From Ruminococcus flavefaciens (lineage in GTDB: Bacteria > Bacillota > Clostridia > Oscillospirales > Ruminococcaceae): DNA of 64,000 bases. The position numbers were made by a program, and so were the translations under genes. Below the pieces are notes generated by a model. The model was not told the origin of the DNA. It ran no database searches and worked only from the letters and a program-made list of their open reading frames with translations. Positions within the stretch are counted from its first letter, which is position 1. Each line of letters starts with the position of its first letter. Shown here piece after piece: positions 37,414 through 48,008 of the stretch. The stretch is from positions 1,253-65,252 of the forward strand of contig CADAYP010000020.1 in the NCBI GenBank assembly GCA_902792235.1, written 5' to 3'.

Positions 37414-39726
37414 ATGATAATGTGCAGCAACTGCAAGAAGCGCCCCGCTGTGGTATTTATTACCTCTGTACAGGGGAACGAAAAAAAGAACGAGGGTCTT
37501 TGCCTTGCCTGCGCAAGAGAGAAAAAGATACCGCAGGTCTCTGAGTATATGGACCGTCTCGGCATAACAGATGAAGAGATAGACCAGCTTTCAGACCAGA
37601 TGATGGGTATGCTCGACGGCGATTCATTTGAAATGGGTGGCTCAGGCATTATGCCGGAGTTCATATCAAATATGTTCGGTGAACCTAAGGATGAAGGTGC
37701 ATCAGAGGACGAAAACTCTGCGGCTGACGATGAACCGAAAGAACCCCGCAAAAAGAGTATCTTCGGCAGAGATAAGACTGAAAAGAAGAAAAGAGAAAAG
37801 GAACTCAAATTCCTCGGAAGCTATTGTACTAACCTCTCACAGAAAGCCGCTGACGGTCAGCTCGACCGTATAATCGGCAGAGATAAAGAAATTGCGCGTG
37901 TAATCCAGATCCTTTCGCGCCGTACAAAGAATAACCCCTGCCTCATCGGTGAACCCGGTGTAGGTAAAACTGCCGTTGCTGAGGGTATCGCTCAGCGTAT
38001 AAACGAGGGAGACGTTCCGTTCAATCTTGCGAATAAGAAGGTATACCTTCTCGACCTTACCGCTCTTGTTGCGGGAACACAGTTCCGCGGACAGTTCGAG
38101 AGCCGCGTTAAGGGTCTCGTAGACGAGGTAAAGCGCGAGGGCAATATCATACTCTTCATTGATGAGGTGCACAACCTTGTAGGAGCAGGCGATTCTGAGG
38201 GCTCGATGAATGCCGCTAATATCCTCAAACCCGCACTCTCACGCGGTGAGGTGCAGGTGATCGGTGCTACAACATTCGGCGAATACAGAAAGTACATCGA
38301 AAAAGATTCAGCACTTGAGCGCCGTTTCCAGCCTGTGACCATTTCTGAACCCAATATCGAGGATACTGTCAATGTACTGCTCGGAATCAAGCAGTATTAT
38401 GAGGATTACCATAAGGTCCATATTTCCGATTATCTCATAAGGGTTTGTGCTGTACTTTCGGAGAGATACATTACTGACCGTTTCCTGCCCGACAAGGCTA
38501 TCGACCTCATGGACGAAGGCTGTGCCCATGCGTGCATACGCTCTCCCGAGATAGCGGCATATGCAAATGTACAAAAAGAAATAGAGACTCTTGAAGGTCT
38601 TGAAAAGGAACTTTCAGAGCAGAGTGAACCGGATTATCAGGCACTTGCCGAGGTCAAGAGCAAGCTCATACACGCTCGCGACGATGCTGAAAAACTCCGC
38701 GAAAAGGCTGAAAATGTTCAGGTGACAGAGGAGGATATCACAAAGGTAGTTGAGCTTTGGACCGGTATCCCTGCAAGCAAAATCGCTGAGACAGAGTTCC
38801 TCAAAATTGCAAAGCTTGAAGGACAGCTCAAAAAGCGTGTACTCGGTCAGGACGAAGCAGTCGGAGTTCTTACACGCGCAATAAAGCGTACAAGAGTTCA
38901 GCTCAACAAGCGCCGCAGACCGGCTTCGTTCATTTTCGTAGGACCTACCGGAGTCGGCAAAACCGAGCTTGTAAAGGCTCTGTCTGAGGAGCTTTTCGAT
39001 TCGACTGAACCGCTTATCCGTCTCGATATGACAGAGTATATGGAAAAGCACTCTGTTGCACGAATGATAGGTTCGCCTCCCGGATATGTCGGCTACGACG
39101 AGGCTGGACAGCTTACTGAAAAGGTACGCCGCAAGCCGTATTCGGTAATTCTTTTTGACGAGATAGAAAAGGCTCACCCTGACGTTATGAATATCCTCAT
39201 GCAGATTCTTGATGAGGGACACATCGACGATGCACAGGGCAGAAATATCAACTTCGAGAATACGATAATATGTATGACTTCTAATGCCGGTTCGACCGAT
39301 AAGAGCGTAGGTGTAGGCTTCAACCGCACTGAAAACGAAATATCACGCGATAAGGCAATGAAGGGACTCCGCGAATTCCTGCGCCCCGAATTTATCAGCC
39401 GTATCGACGAGATAGTAGTGTTCAGACAGCTCACCAAGGAGGACTTCGCACACATTGCGGCTCTCATGATAGACGAAATGAAGGAACCTCTCGCTGAAAA
39501 GAAAATCACTATCACTTACGACCAGCCTGCACTCGACCTCATTGCGGAAAAGTCGTTCGGCAAACCGTACGGAGCAAGAGATATCCGCCGTGTTATCCGT
39601 CAGGAGATAGAGGATAAAGTGGCTGAGCTTATAATCAATGATTCGTCTGATATCAGCGGTATTGCCATTTCTGCGGACGGCGACGAACTCACTGTTACCG
39701 GTACGAAAAAGGAGATGGCAGAATAA
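37414..39726 (+). CDS. ATP-dependent Clp protease ATPase subunit (ClpC/ClpE type, N-terminal Zn finger)
   Basis: CxxC...Cxx[38 protein letters not shown]. Confidence 0.92.
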   Translation: MIMCSNCKKRPAVVFITSVQGNEKKNEGLCLACAREKKIPQVSEYMDRLGITDEEIDQLSDQMMGMLDGDSFEMGGSGIMPEFISNMFGEPKDEGASEDENSAADDEPKEPRKKSIFGRDKTEKKKREKELKFLGSYCTNLSQKAADGQLDRIIGRDKEIARVIQILSRRTKNNPCLIGEPGVGKTAVAEGIAQRINEGDVPFNLANKKVYLLDLTALVAGTQFRGQFESRVKGLVDEVKREGNIILFIDEVHNLVGAGDSEGSMNAANILKPALSRGEVQVIGATTFGEYRKYIEKDSALERRFQPVTISEPNIEDTVNVLLGIKQYYEDYHKVHISDYLIRVCAVLSERYITDRFLPDKAIDLMDEGCAHACIRSPEIAAYANVQKEIETLEGLEKELSEQSEPDYQALAEVKSKLIHARDDAEKLREKAENVQVTEEDITKVVELWTGIPASKIAETEFLKIAKLEGQLKKRVLGQDEAVGVLTRAIKRTRVQLNKRRRPASFIFVGPTGVGKTELVKALSEELFDSTEPLIRLDMTEYMEKHSVARMIGSPPGYVGYDEAGQLTEKVRRKPYSVILFDEIEKAHPDVMNILMQILDEGHIDDAQGRNINFENTIICMTSNAGSTDKSVGVGFNRTENEISRDKAMKGLREFLRPEFISRIDEIVVFRQLTKEDFAHIAALMIDEMKEPLAEKKITITYDQPALDLIAEKSFGKPYGARDIRRVIRQEIEDKVAELIINDSSDISGIAISADGDELTVTGTKKEMAE

Positions 39727-40367
39727 TGGATATCAGAAGATTTGCAGCCGCATCAGCATCATTGCTGCTTGCAATGATGTCAGTGACCGGCTGTGGAAAC
39801 AAGTCTGCATCGTCAACTTCTGAGGAAGCAGAAGGAGTCCTTATTCCGTCAGTTGATGCAAATGTTGAAGCAGCGTCAGACGGTCCTAAACTTTATTTCA
39901 ACGACGTTACAGCTGCTCCCGGAGAGATAGCAGAGGTATCACTGTGCGTAAAGGACGCTGCTCAGAAATGGGCAATGTGCGGTATTCATGTCACATTCAG
40001 CGAAGAGCTTGAGTGTCAGATGGAAGACGTTGAGTCACGTTCCGTACAATATGAAGTTGGAGATGCTTCAAAAAAGAGCACAGGTTCTGTTTGTATGCTT
40101 TGGAGAGACGGTCTGCCGGATGAACTTGTAAATCAGCATCTTGGCTGTCTGTTCTTTACTGAGGTTTTTAAATCTGATGATGGCGGCGACGGTGAAATTG
40201 CAAAATTTTACCTGAAAGTACCCGATAATGCTGTGAGCGGAACGGAGTATTCCGTTGGAATATACTATGACCCTGAAATGGATATCTTCATCGATAAGGC
40301 TGGCAATGCGGCTATGCAGAAGTACGTTTTTGAAAACTGGAAGGGTGGCAAGATAACAGTCAAATAA
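39726..40367 (+). CDS. Lipoprotein carrying a single cohesin-like domain
   Basis: Lipobox VTGC; V.AAPGE.AEV...GIHV.F...DGEIAKFYLKVP.NA..G.EY.V.I cohesin pattern. Confidence 0.7.
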   Translation: MDIRRFAAASASLLLAMMSVTGCGNKSASSTSEEAEGVLIPSVDANVEAASDGPKLYFNDVTAAPGEIAEVSLCVKDAAQKWAMCGIHVTFSEELECQMEDVESRSVQYEVGDASKKSTGSVCMLWRDGLPDELVNQHLGCLFFTEVFKSDDGGDGEIAKFYLKVPDNAVSGTEYSVGIYYDPEMDIFIDKAGNAAMQKYVFENWKGGKITVK

Positions 40368-40531
40368 TGACTGATGTTCAAAAATGGCTGTTTTACGGCG
40401 ATTACCATTTGTTTTTCACAAATATTCAGGTACGATATGTGACAATTATGTGAAATTGCTTATTGACTTTTCAATTAAAACATGATATTATAATAAATAT
40501 AAAATATTCAGATATATGGAGGAAAACTTAA

Positions 40532-41185
40532 ATGGACGAGAATAATCTCAATAACACAGGTATGCCTGAGGGTGCAGATTCTGTTGCTGACAAGATAAAC
40601 GATACTGTTGCAGATGCTGGCAATACTGCTGACTCTGTTGCAGATACTATCACAGATAAGGTTGCTGACGCTGTAAGTACAGTGGGCGAAACTGCTGACA
40701 ACGTTGCTGATAAGGTAGTTGATGCAGTTTCAGACATCGCTGGCGATGTTAAGGATGCTATCACAGGCGGTGCTTCAAACGCTGCTGATACAGCTGCAAA
40801 TACAGCAAATTCTGCTGTGAATAATGCTGCTGGTGCATTCAACAATGCAGCAAACAACGTTCAGGACGCTATCAAGCCTGACGCTGTATACACAAACAAC
40901 TTCAATGCAGTTCCTGAACAGCAGGGCAGCAAGACACTTTCTATCGTATCAATGGTACTTGGTATTGTCTCTCTTCTCGGTGGCTGCTGCTGCGGACTCT
41001 TAGGTCTTCCTTGTTCAATAGCTGCTATAGTTACAGGTATTATTGCTAAGGTAAAGAATAAACCCGGTGCTGGTTTTGCTATCGCAGGTATAATCACAGG
41101 TGCTATAGGAATTATTGTTGCTATCGTATCTGTTATCCTTGGTAATGCTATGCTTAAGGATATGGGTGGATTAAAATTCCAGTAA
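40532..41185 (+). CDS. DUF4190-like membrane protein with A/D/T-rich repetitive N-terminus
   Basis: SIVSMVLGIVS...CCCG...AIAGIITG.IG; N-terminal ADxVAD repeats. Confidence 0.72.
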   Translation: MDENNLNNTGMPEGADSVADKINDTVADAGNTADSVADTITDKVADAVSTVGETADNVADKVVDAVSDIAGDVKDAITGGASNAADTAANTANSAVNNAAGAFNNAANNVQDAIKPDAVYTNNFNAVPEQQGSKTLSIVSMVLGIVSLLGGCCCGLLGLPCSIAAIVTGIIAKVKNKPGAGFAIAGIITGAIGIIVAIVSVILGNAMLKDMGGLKFQ

Positions 41186-41191
41186 GCTGAA

Positions 41192-41608
41192 ATGAAAAAA
41201 GTCGTTATAACACGAAAAATTAAAGCAGGGATAGTTGTTGCTATCCCTGTTTTATTGGTGATATTATATATATACCGCAATGAATTCATGAGTATCAGCA
41301 AGATATTCGGAAAGTGCGTTTTCCATGAATTGACCGGCTGGCACTGCCCCGGCTGCGGAAATACGAGAAGTCTGCGTGCATTGCTGAACCTTCATCCGTG
41401 GATAGCGATACGCAACAATCCGTCTGTACCAACTCTTGCATTGATAGGAATATGTGCGTATGTGGAACTTGTTTCAGATGTGTTGGGTAAGAAGATAAAG
41501 ATACTTCCGAGGAGTATTATTTTCTGGTATTCGGTACTCGGACTATTCATCGTATATGCTGTTATCAGAAATATATTTCCCGTGCTTGCACCGATTCCGG
41601 AACCGTAA
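41192..41608 (+). CDS. DUF2752 family membrane protein
   Basis: C.F..LTG..CPGCG.TR motif; C-terminal IRN. Confidence 0.85.
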   Translation: MKKVVITRKIKAGIVVAIPVLLVILYIYRNEFMSISKIFGKCVFHELTGWHCPGCGNTRSLRALLNLHPWIAIRNNPSVPTLALIGICAYVELVSDVLGKKIKILPRSIIFWYSVLGLFIVYAVIRNIFPVLAPIPEP

Positions 41609-41633
41609 AAATGCGGATAATTCAAACAAATAT

Positions 41634-41675
41634 AAAAGGCTGCCTGAAGGAATATTTCCTTTAAGCAGCCTTTTT
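41634..41675. terminator. Bidirectional terminator
   Basis: AAAAGGCTGC...GCAGCCTTTT. Confidence 0.75.
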
Positions 41676-41728
41676 ATGTCTGTTAACATCGGGCGAAAGC
41701 CGACATTGCTTCATTTACAGAATGAACA

Positions 41729-44500
41729 TTAATCAGAAGTGCCGTCCATAACGTAGATGAACTTGACACTGCCGTTCATAGAATCGGACTTGCCGGAGAA
41801 TGTTCCATAGTCGCCGGCAGCTTCTCTTACAGCCTTGAAACGGTCTGTGAGGTCGGGGAGCGCTTCGTCGATTATCTTGCTTACCTTGCTGATTCCCTCG
41901 TCGTTGAACTTCTTCATGCCGTCGTCGAGCTGCTTGGAGCCGTCCTTGAGCTGTCCGATACCGCTTGTGAGAGCCGGTACGCTGTCGTGGAGAGTTGCAA
42001 CTCCGTTGTAGAGCTGACCTGCGCCGCCGCTGAGTGTATCTGCACCTGAGCTGAGCTTTGCGAGGTTCTGATAAATCGCAGCTGCGCCATTACCTATCTG
42101 ATTGCCGCCGTCGAGAAGCTGACCCATGCCCTCGTCGAGAGTGTAAGAGCCGGCATATGCCTTAGCGATACCGTCGTCGAGTGAGTAAGCGCCTGCATAG
42201 AGCTGAGCAGTGCCTGCCTTGAGGTCGTATGCACCTGCTGAAAGCTGAGCGAGACCGCTGTTGAGTGAGCTGTTGCCGGTCGAAAGCTGACTGAGACCTG
42301 CGATAAGCTGGTCGAGACCGCTTGTCAGACTTCCGCTGCCCTGTGCAAGAGTGGATATACCCTCATCGAGCTTTGCTGCACCGCCGGATACAGTCTTTGC
42401 ACCCTGCGAGAGTTCAGCTGTTGAACCTGAGAGTTTGCCTGCACCGTCTGCGAGTGCCTTGCCGCCTTCATCAAGCTGAGCCATGCCCTGCTGTAAAGAG
42501 GCTGAACCTGTCTGAGCTGTACCGAGACCGGCTGAAAGCTGTCCGAGACCATCGCTGACCTCCTTAGCACCTGCTGAGAGAGCACCTGCTCCGGCATTTA
42601 CCTGAGCGGCACCTGTTCCGAGCTGTCCTGCACCTGCTGAGAGAGCTGCTGCACCGTCTTTGAGCTGACCGCCGTCCTTCATTGAAGCGGCTATCTGTTT
42701 CTGAGCGTCAATAGTCTGTTCGAGAGTTCCTATTGCGACCGCTATCTCCTGTGATGGAGTTGCTTCGTACAGACCCTTCAAAGCTGCGAGAGCCTGTTCG
42801 TTTGCAGCGATAGTAGTATCGAGACTTGAAGCGGCTGTACCGATTCCGGCTGTGAGATTATCAGCACCTGCTGAAAGCTGAGAAGCACCTGTTTCGAGCT
42901 GTGAGGTACCTGCTGCAAGTGTGTCGGCACCTGTTTTGAGCTGAGAAGCACCTGCTGCGAGCGAGTCTGCACCGGTTTTAGCCGATGTGATACCTGCTGC
43001 GAGCTGGTCTGCGCCTGACTTTGCACCTGTTATGCCCTGTGAAAGCTGACCTGCTGACGAGCTGAGTGTTTCAGCACCTGCTGCAAGCTGACCTGCTCCG
43101 TCTGCGAGCTGAGCAGTACCGTCTTTTAGCTGACCGCTTCCGTCTGCGAGTGAACCTACACCGCCTCCGAGCTGCTGTGCACCTTCTGAGAGCGCAGCTG
43201 CGCCTTCGTTTACCTTTGTGAAGCCGGCAACGAGTTCATCAGAGCCTGATTTTGCCGAGTCGAGACCCTCACAGAGAGCTGCTGCACCGTTGTCTGCTGC
43301 GTAAAGTCCCTCATAGAGTGAACCCGAGCCGTCTTTGATAAGGTCGAGACCGTTTACAAGCTGAGCTGAGCCGTCCTTTGCAGACTTTATACCTGTTGTG
43401 AATTTGCCTGTTGAATCAGAGAGTGTCTTTGCACCGTCTGAAAGCTGTTTTGCACCGCTGCTAAGTTCGTCTGCGCCGTTTTTGAGACTGAGCGAACCGT
43501 CGTAAAGCTTATTGATTCCGCTTGTGAGGTCGCCGGACTTGTCTGAGAGTTCGCTTATACCGTCGTAGAGCTTTGCTGTACCCTCTGTAAGCTGATTTGC
43601 ACCGTCGCGGAGCTGAGTGAGTTTATCTTCGAGGTCGCTTACATCGAAATTCTCATCGAGGTCGAGCTTTGTGAATATTTCATTTGAAACTACTGTAACA
43701 GAAGTGTTCATCTCGAAATCTGTAACGTCTGCCTCGATTTCAAAGCTCTCGGGCAGCTCGATATCAAGCGACTTTATATCATCGAGGGCAAGGCTCTTGT
43801 TAAGTCCCGGGAATGCTGCACCAACGGCGATAAGGCGGTTTCCGTCCGATATTACCTTGCCGTTTGTGACTTCAACGTTTACGAATTTGCCAGTATCGAG
43901 GACTGCTGCACTTGCTGTCATGAAAGGAACATATATATCGGTCTTTTTGCCGTTTATAGTTTTGGTTACTTTCTGCTTGTTTGTATACTCCCAACGGATA
44001 GTTACGTGACCGCTCTTACCTGTGAGGTCTTCGGGAGAAATCTCCTTGCCGTCGAGGAAATAGGTTATCTTTACGTCAACGGGAAGCTCTTTATTTGTCT
44101 TGCCCTTGTAGTAGATATCGCTGCCCTTTGTTGACCAGTTGAGAGCATTGCCGGTTTGTGTGTATTCCTCGTTGCCTTTTACGTTTTCAATATCAGTCAG
44201 GTCTGAGATATCTGCAAGACTGTCGAGGGCGGGAGTATTTTTCAGCCAGTCACTGACTACAACGTCCTTTACAGTAGAATCGTTTTTGCAGAGGACGTAA
44301 ACGGTCTCGTCCTTGTACGCTTCTCCGTCGACTGTTTTCCTTGCAGTATTGCGTATCTTTTCAGCGTTGTCGTTAGTCTTTGCCGCTACTGTGTCAGCTG
44401 CGGACTTGTCTGTATTCTTTGCATATGCGATAGAGCCTGTTGCAGCGGCTGAAACTGCTACTGCGAGGACTGCGGCTGCGATTCTCTTATAATTTTTCAT
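41729..44500 (-). CDS. Secreted X-X-X-Leu-X-X-Gly heptad-repeat protein (YhgE/Pip-like repeat region)
   Basis: Signal peptide; KDETVYV N-terminal domain; about 570 aa of GAxQLxxG repeats; start at ATG 44500 after AAGGA. Confidence 0.85.
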   Translation of the reverse strand: MKNYKRIAAAVLAVAVSAAATGSIAYAKNTDKSAADTVAAKTNDNAEKIRNTARKTVDGEAYKDETVYVLCKNDSTVKDVVVSDWLKNTPALDSLADISDLTDIENVKGNEEYTQTGNALNWSTKGSDIYYKGKTNKELPVDVKITYFLDGKEISPEDLTGKSGHVTIRWEYTNKQKVTKTINGKKTDIYVPFMTASAAVLDTGKFVNVEVTNGKVISDGNRLIAVGAAFPGLNKSLALDDIKSLDIELPESFEIEADVTDFEMNTSVTVVSNEIFTKLDLDENFDVSDLEDKLTQLRDGANQLTEGTAKLYDGISELSDKSGDLTSGINKLYDGSLSLKNGADELSSGAKQLSDGAKTLSDSTGKFTTGIKSAKDGSAQLVNGLDLIKDGSGSLYEGLYAADNGAAALCEGLDSAKSGSDELVAGFTKVNEGAAALSEGAQQLGGGVGSLADGSGQLKDGTAQLADGAGQLAAGAETLSSSAGQLSQGITGAKSGADQLAAGITSAKTGADSLAAGASQLKTGADTLAAGTSQLETGASQLSAGADNLTAGIGTAASSLDTTIAANEQALAALKGLYEATPSQEIAVAIGTLEQTIDAQKQIAASMKDGGQLKDGAAALSAGAGQLGTGAAQVNAGAGALSAGAKEVSDGLGQLSAGLGTAQTGSASLQQGMAQLDEGGKALADGAGKLSGSTAELSQGAKTVSGGAAKLDEGISTLAQGSGSLTSGLDQLIAGLSQLSTGNSSLNSGLAQLSAGAYDLKAGTAQLYAGAYSLDDGIAKAYAGSYTLDEGMGQLLDGGNQIGNGAAAIYQNLAKLSSGADTLSGGAGQLYNGVATLHDSVPALTSGIGQLKDGSKQLDDGMKKFNDEGISKVSKIIDEALPDLTDRFKAVREAAGDYGTFSGKSDSMNGSVKFIYVMDGTSD
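41910..43630 (-). repeat. Coding heptad (21/42-nt period) repeat region
   Basis: Recurring GCACC...GAGCTG units on the plus strand encoding GAxQL. Confidence 0.8.
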
Positions 44501-44522
44501 AATAGTCATCCTTTCCAATATA

Positions 44523-46634
44523 TTAACCGAAAACTCTGAGGTTATGGTTTTGATTTGTATTTACCTCTTCCTTAGGACGGAAGCCTGCACTCGTTTTGCA
44601 GATGATGCCGTCAAACAGCATGAACATCGACGGCAGGACTGTTATTACGACTACCATTGATATGAGAGCGCCGCGTGAAAGAAGTACGCAGAGGGAAGAT
44701 ATCATTCCGATTTGTGAATATACCGCAACTCCGACTGTTGCAGCGAAGAAGCCGAGTGCCGATGTGATAACGGACTTGATAGAAGTTGCAAGCGCGATAT
44801 TCACCGACTCTTTTTTGTCCTTGCCGCTTGCTCTTTCTGAGCGGTATCTTGTTGTCATGAGGATAGCGTAATCGACGGTAGCACCGAGCTGAATAGTACC
44901 GATTACCACGGAAGCGATGAACGGAAGCTCGGTATTTGTGAAGTAAGCGACTCCGAGGTTTATCATTATCGCAAGTTCGATAACAGCTACAAGTATCACA
45001 GGAAGTGATATCGACTTGAAGGTGAGTGCGATTATGAGGAATATAGCCGCTATTGAGAGTATGCTGACAACTTTGAAGTCACGGTTGGTGATTTCGATGA
45101 GGTCTTTTGTTGCGGGAGCTTCGCCGATAAGCATACCTTCGGGGTCGTATTTTGAAACGATGTTATTGAGCTTCGAGATCTGTTCGTTTACGTCGTCGGA
45201 AGCAACTTCGTATTCTGAGCCGATAAGTATGAGCTGTTTATTTTCACTTTTGAGCTTGCTCTTTACTTTGTCGGGGACTATCTCGTCCGGTATTGCCGGA
45301 CCTACGAGGCTGTTATAGCCGAGTGTGAACTGTACACCGTCTACAGCTTCCATTTCATCGAGCATATTAGCCGCTGTTTTAGCGTCCATATCCGAGTCAA
45401 CGAGGAGAATGTGGGTACTGTTCATGTTGTACTCTTCCGAGAGCTTTGTATTTGCGATAACGCTTTCGAGGTCTTTCGGGAGCGTGCTGTCGAGTTTGTA
45501 GTATACACCGTAGTGATTATATCCGAAAACAGCGGGGATAATAATCACAGCCGCAAGTGTGAGAAAAACTCCTGCATGGTTTACTATGAATGAAGAAATC
45601 CTTGAAAAAGCGGGGAGAAAATCGCGGTGAGAAGTTTTTTCGATAGCCTTGTCGAATATGAGTATCATCGCCGGAAGAACCGTTACGCAGGCGATAACAC
45701 CGCATACAACTCCCTTTGCCATTACTATGCCGAGGTCGAGTCCAAGAGTGAAGCTCATGAAGCACATTGCAAGGAAGCCGGCAACCGTTGTGAATGAACT
45801 GCTGACAACCGATGTAACGGTAGTTGCTATTGCATGAGCCATAGCTTCGGTTTTGCTGTCAGGGAAGTAGTTTTGCTGTTCCTTGTAGCTGTGCCACAGG
45901 AATATGGAGTAGTCCATAGTGACACCGAGCTGTAGAACAAGTGCAAGTGCCTGAGTGAGGAATGAGATTTCGCCCATAGCGAAATTAGTACCGAGGTTCC
46001 ATACTATCGCGATACCTATGCTGAGCATGAAGAATACCGGTATAAGGAATGAGTCCATAGTGACTACAAGCACTATACTTGTCAGTATAACTGCGATTAT
46101 CGCATAGATTATTGATTCGCTGTCGGAGAGGTGCTTCATATCAGCTGTGATGGCACTCATTCCGCTGATAAAGCATTGTTCAGAAGTGATATCTCTCATT
46201 TCGTCTATAGCGTTGAGGGTCTTGTCAGCTGAGGTAGACTCCTCAAAGAATACAGCCATGAGGGTGTTATCGCCATTGTTGAAGAAATCATACACCTTCT
46301 GAGGGAGTATCTCTTTCGGGACGTTAAGGTCTGTGAGGGTTTCGTAGCATACAACGTTTGAAACACCTTCAACTCCGGATATTTTATCCGCGGTATCGGC
46401 TATTTCCTTTTCGGTCATGCCTTCGACCATTACAAATGAGAATCCGCCCTGTCCGAATTCGTCAATCAGTATGTCCTGACCGACCATTGTATTGATATCC
46501 TTCGGCAGGTAAGAGAGGATATCGTAGTTAACTCTTGTGTTGAGGTATCCTATAGCTGAGGGTATCAGGAGAATGATGCCTGTCAGGAGTATGAATATTC
46601 TGCGTTTAGCTATGAATTCACCGAATCTTAGCAT
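44523..46634 (-). CDS. MMPL/RND family transporter
   Basis: Two TM repeat units with LGVTMDYSIFL and LGATVDYAIL. Confidence 0.9.
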   Translation of the reverse strand: MLRFGEFIAKRRIFILLTGIILLIPSAIGYLNTRVNYDILSYLPKDINTMVGQDILIDEFGQGGFSFVMVEGMTEKEIADTADKISGVEGVSNVVCYETLTDLNVPKEILPQKVYDFFNNGDNTLMAVFFEESTSADKTLNAIDEMRDITSEQCFISGMSAITADMKHLSDSESIIYAIIAVILTSIVLVVTMDSFLIPVFFMLSIGIAIVWNLGTNFAMGEISFLTQALALVLQLGVTMDYSIFLWHSYKEQQNYFPDSKTEAMAHAIATTVTSVVSSSFTTVAGFLAMCFMSFTLGLDLGIVMAKGVVCGVIACVTVLPAMILIFDKAIEKTSHRDFLPAFSRISSFIVNHAGVFLTLAAVIIIPAVFGYNHYGVYYKLDSTLPKDLESVIANTKLSEEYNMNSTHILLVDSDMDAKTAANMLDEMEAVDGVQFTLGYNSLVGPAIPDEIVPDKVKSKLKSENKQLILIGSEYEVASDDVNEQISKLNNIVSKYDPEGMLIGEAPATKDLIEITNRDFKVVSILSIAAIFLIIALTFKSISLPVILVAVIELAIMINLGVAYFTNTELPFIASVVIGTIQLGATVDYAILMTTRYRSERASGKDKKESVNIALATSIKSVITSALGFFAATVGVAVYSQIGMISSLCVLLSRGALISMVVVITVLPSMFMLFDGIICKTSAGFRPKEEVNTNQNHNLRVFG

Positions 46635-46702
46635 AAGTATCGTTCCTTTCTCTGTAGGGATTTCCGGAAGTGGGGAAGTTTCACTTACCGGACTTTATAG
46701 AT

Positions 46703-46731
46703 AGTATATTACAAAAATGACCGATAGTCAA
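46703..46731 (-). promoter_or_regulatory. SigA-type promoter of MMPL operon, overlapped by a putative operator
   Basis: Minus strand TTGACT-17-TATACT. Confidence 0.75.
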
Positions 46732-46816
46732 TATCTTTCGGAAGAAAAATTGACCTTCGGTCAGAAATTTGTATACCTGCACAATTCGGCACCCGAAAAA
46801 TCGTGACTGTTGGTCA
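46718..46816. promoter_or_regulatory. Three TGAC-N5-GTCA palindromes (putative TetR operators)
   Basis: TGACCGATAGTCA 46718-46730, TGACCTTCGGTCA 46751-46763, TGACTGTTGGTCA 46804-46816. Confidence 0.75.
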
Positions 46817-46827
46817 GTTTCGAGTGC

Positions 46828-46856
46828 TTGACAGTGCCTTATTTATGCGATATAAT
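46828..46856 (+). promoter_or_regulatory. SigA promoter of tetR
   Basis: Perfect TTGACA-17-TATAAT. Confidence 0.85.
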
Positions 46857-46918
46857 AAATCTGATGTATTGCAGCTCTTAGTGTGAAAAACTCTTCATGC
46901 CGAAAGGAAGGAATAATA

Positions 46919-47533
46919 ATGGGCAAGGTTGATGTTAATAAACAGCAGAAGGAGTCTTCATTATTAAAGACCGCATTTGAATTTTTTACAACCAAGGGCT
47001 TCAGCAAGACTTCTATTTCGGATATTGCCGGAAAAGCCGGTGTTGCAAAGGGTACCTTCTACCTCTATTTCAAGGATAAGTACGATATACGCAATAAGCT
47101 TGTTGCACACAAGTCGAGCCAGATTTTTCTCAATGCAATGGAGGATATAGGCAGTGACATAAACGATATATCCTTTGAGGACAAGCTGATACGTATTGTT
47201 GACAATATCATCAATCAGCTGGACGAAAACCAGTCGCTTCTCACATTTATTTCCAAGAATCTCAGCTGGGGAGTTTTCAAATCGGCACTCACCTCTCCCG
47301 CTTCGGATAATGATGTGGATTTTTCACAGGTGTACGATATGATGCTTGCGGAAGCACCGTATAAATTCCGCGACCCCGAGATAATGCTTTTCATGATAAT
47401 AGAGCTTGTGTCGTCTACCTGCTATTCGGCGATTCTCTATAAAGACCCCTGTACTCTCGCAGAGCTGAAACCTTATCTCTACAATACAGTCAGACTGATA
47501 ATTTCCCAGCACAAAATAGCTGAACAGGAATAA
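46919..47533 (+). CDS. TetR/AcrR family transcriptional regulator
   Basis: KGFSKTSISDIAGKAGVAKGTFYLYFKDK HTH; start at ATG 46919. Confidence 0.93.
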   Translation: MGKVDVNKQQKESSLLKTAFEFFTTKGFSKTSISDIAGKAGVAKGTFYLYFKDKYDIRNKLVAHKSSQIFLNAMEDIGSDINDISFEDKLIRIVDNIINQLDENQSLLTFISKNLSWGVFKSALTSPASDNDVDFSQVYDMMLAEAPYKFRDPEIMLFMIIELVSSTCYSAILYKDPCTLAELKPYLYNTVRLIISQHKIAEQE

Positions 47534-47570
47534 AAAAATCCCGGAAGTATATGCTTCCGGGGACTTTTTA
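47532..47570. terminator. Bidirectional terminator between tetR and rnhA
   Basis: TCCCGGAAG/CTTCCGGGG stem flanked by A and T runs. Confidence 0.75.
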
Positions 47571-48008
47571 TTTACTGTAAAGGTCACGCTGAGCGACAGC
47601 GAGTCTGTCACAGCGTTCATTTTCGGGGTGACCTGCGTGACCCTTTACCCAAACGAAAGTAACGTCATGCTTTTCGAGCAGAGGCAGCAGCCTTTCCCAC
47701 AAATCGACGTTCAGGGCAGGTTTTTTGTCTGATTTTATCCAGCCTTTCTTCTTCCAGCCGTATACCCAGCCTTTAGTAACGCTGTCAACGACGTATTTGC
47801 TGTCGGTAGTGAGTATTACTTTACACGGTTCTTTCAGTGCAGAAAGACCGGTTATTACTCCGAGAAGCTCCATGCGGTTGTTGGTAGTCTGAGCCTCTCC
47901 GCCTGAAAGCTCTTTTTCTGCACTTCCGAAGCGCAGTACGACTCCGTATCCGCCCGGACCCGGGTTTCCGCTGCACGCGCCGTCGGAAAAAATCTCAACA
48001 GTTTTGAT
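47568..48008 (-). CDS. rnhA: Ribonuclease HI, probable non-canonical ATC start
   Basis: Frame extends upstream of the listed ORF to [21 protein letters not shown]...TTNNRMEL...[15 protein letters not shown]; AAGGAGG then ATC; in-frame TGA at 48024-48026. Confidence 0.9.
   Translation of the reverse strand: MKTVEIFSDGACSGNPGPGGYGVVLRFGSAEKELSGGEAQTTNNRMELLGVITGLSALKEPCKVILTTDSKYVVDSVTKGWVYGWKKKGWIKSDKKPALNVDLWERLLPLLEKHDVTFVWVKGHAGHPENERCDRLAVAQRDLYSK

Noticed and set aside
41910-43630. Repeats as CRISPR array or phage tape-measure gene
   Set aside because: Repeats are degenerate, in-frame coding heptads with no spacers; no cas or phage genes nearby.
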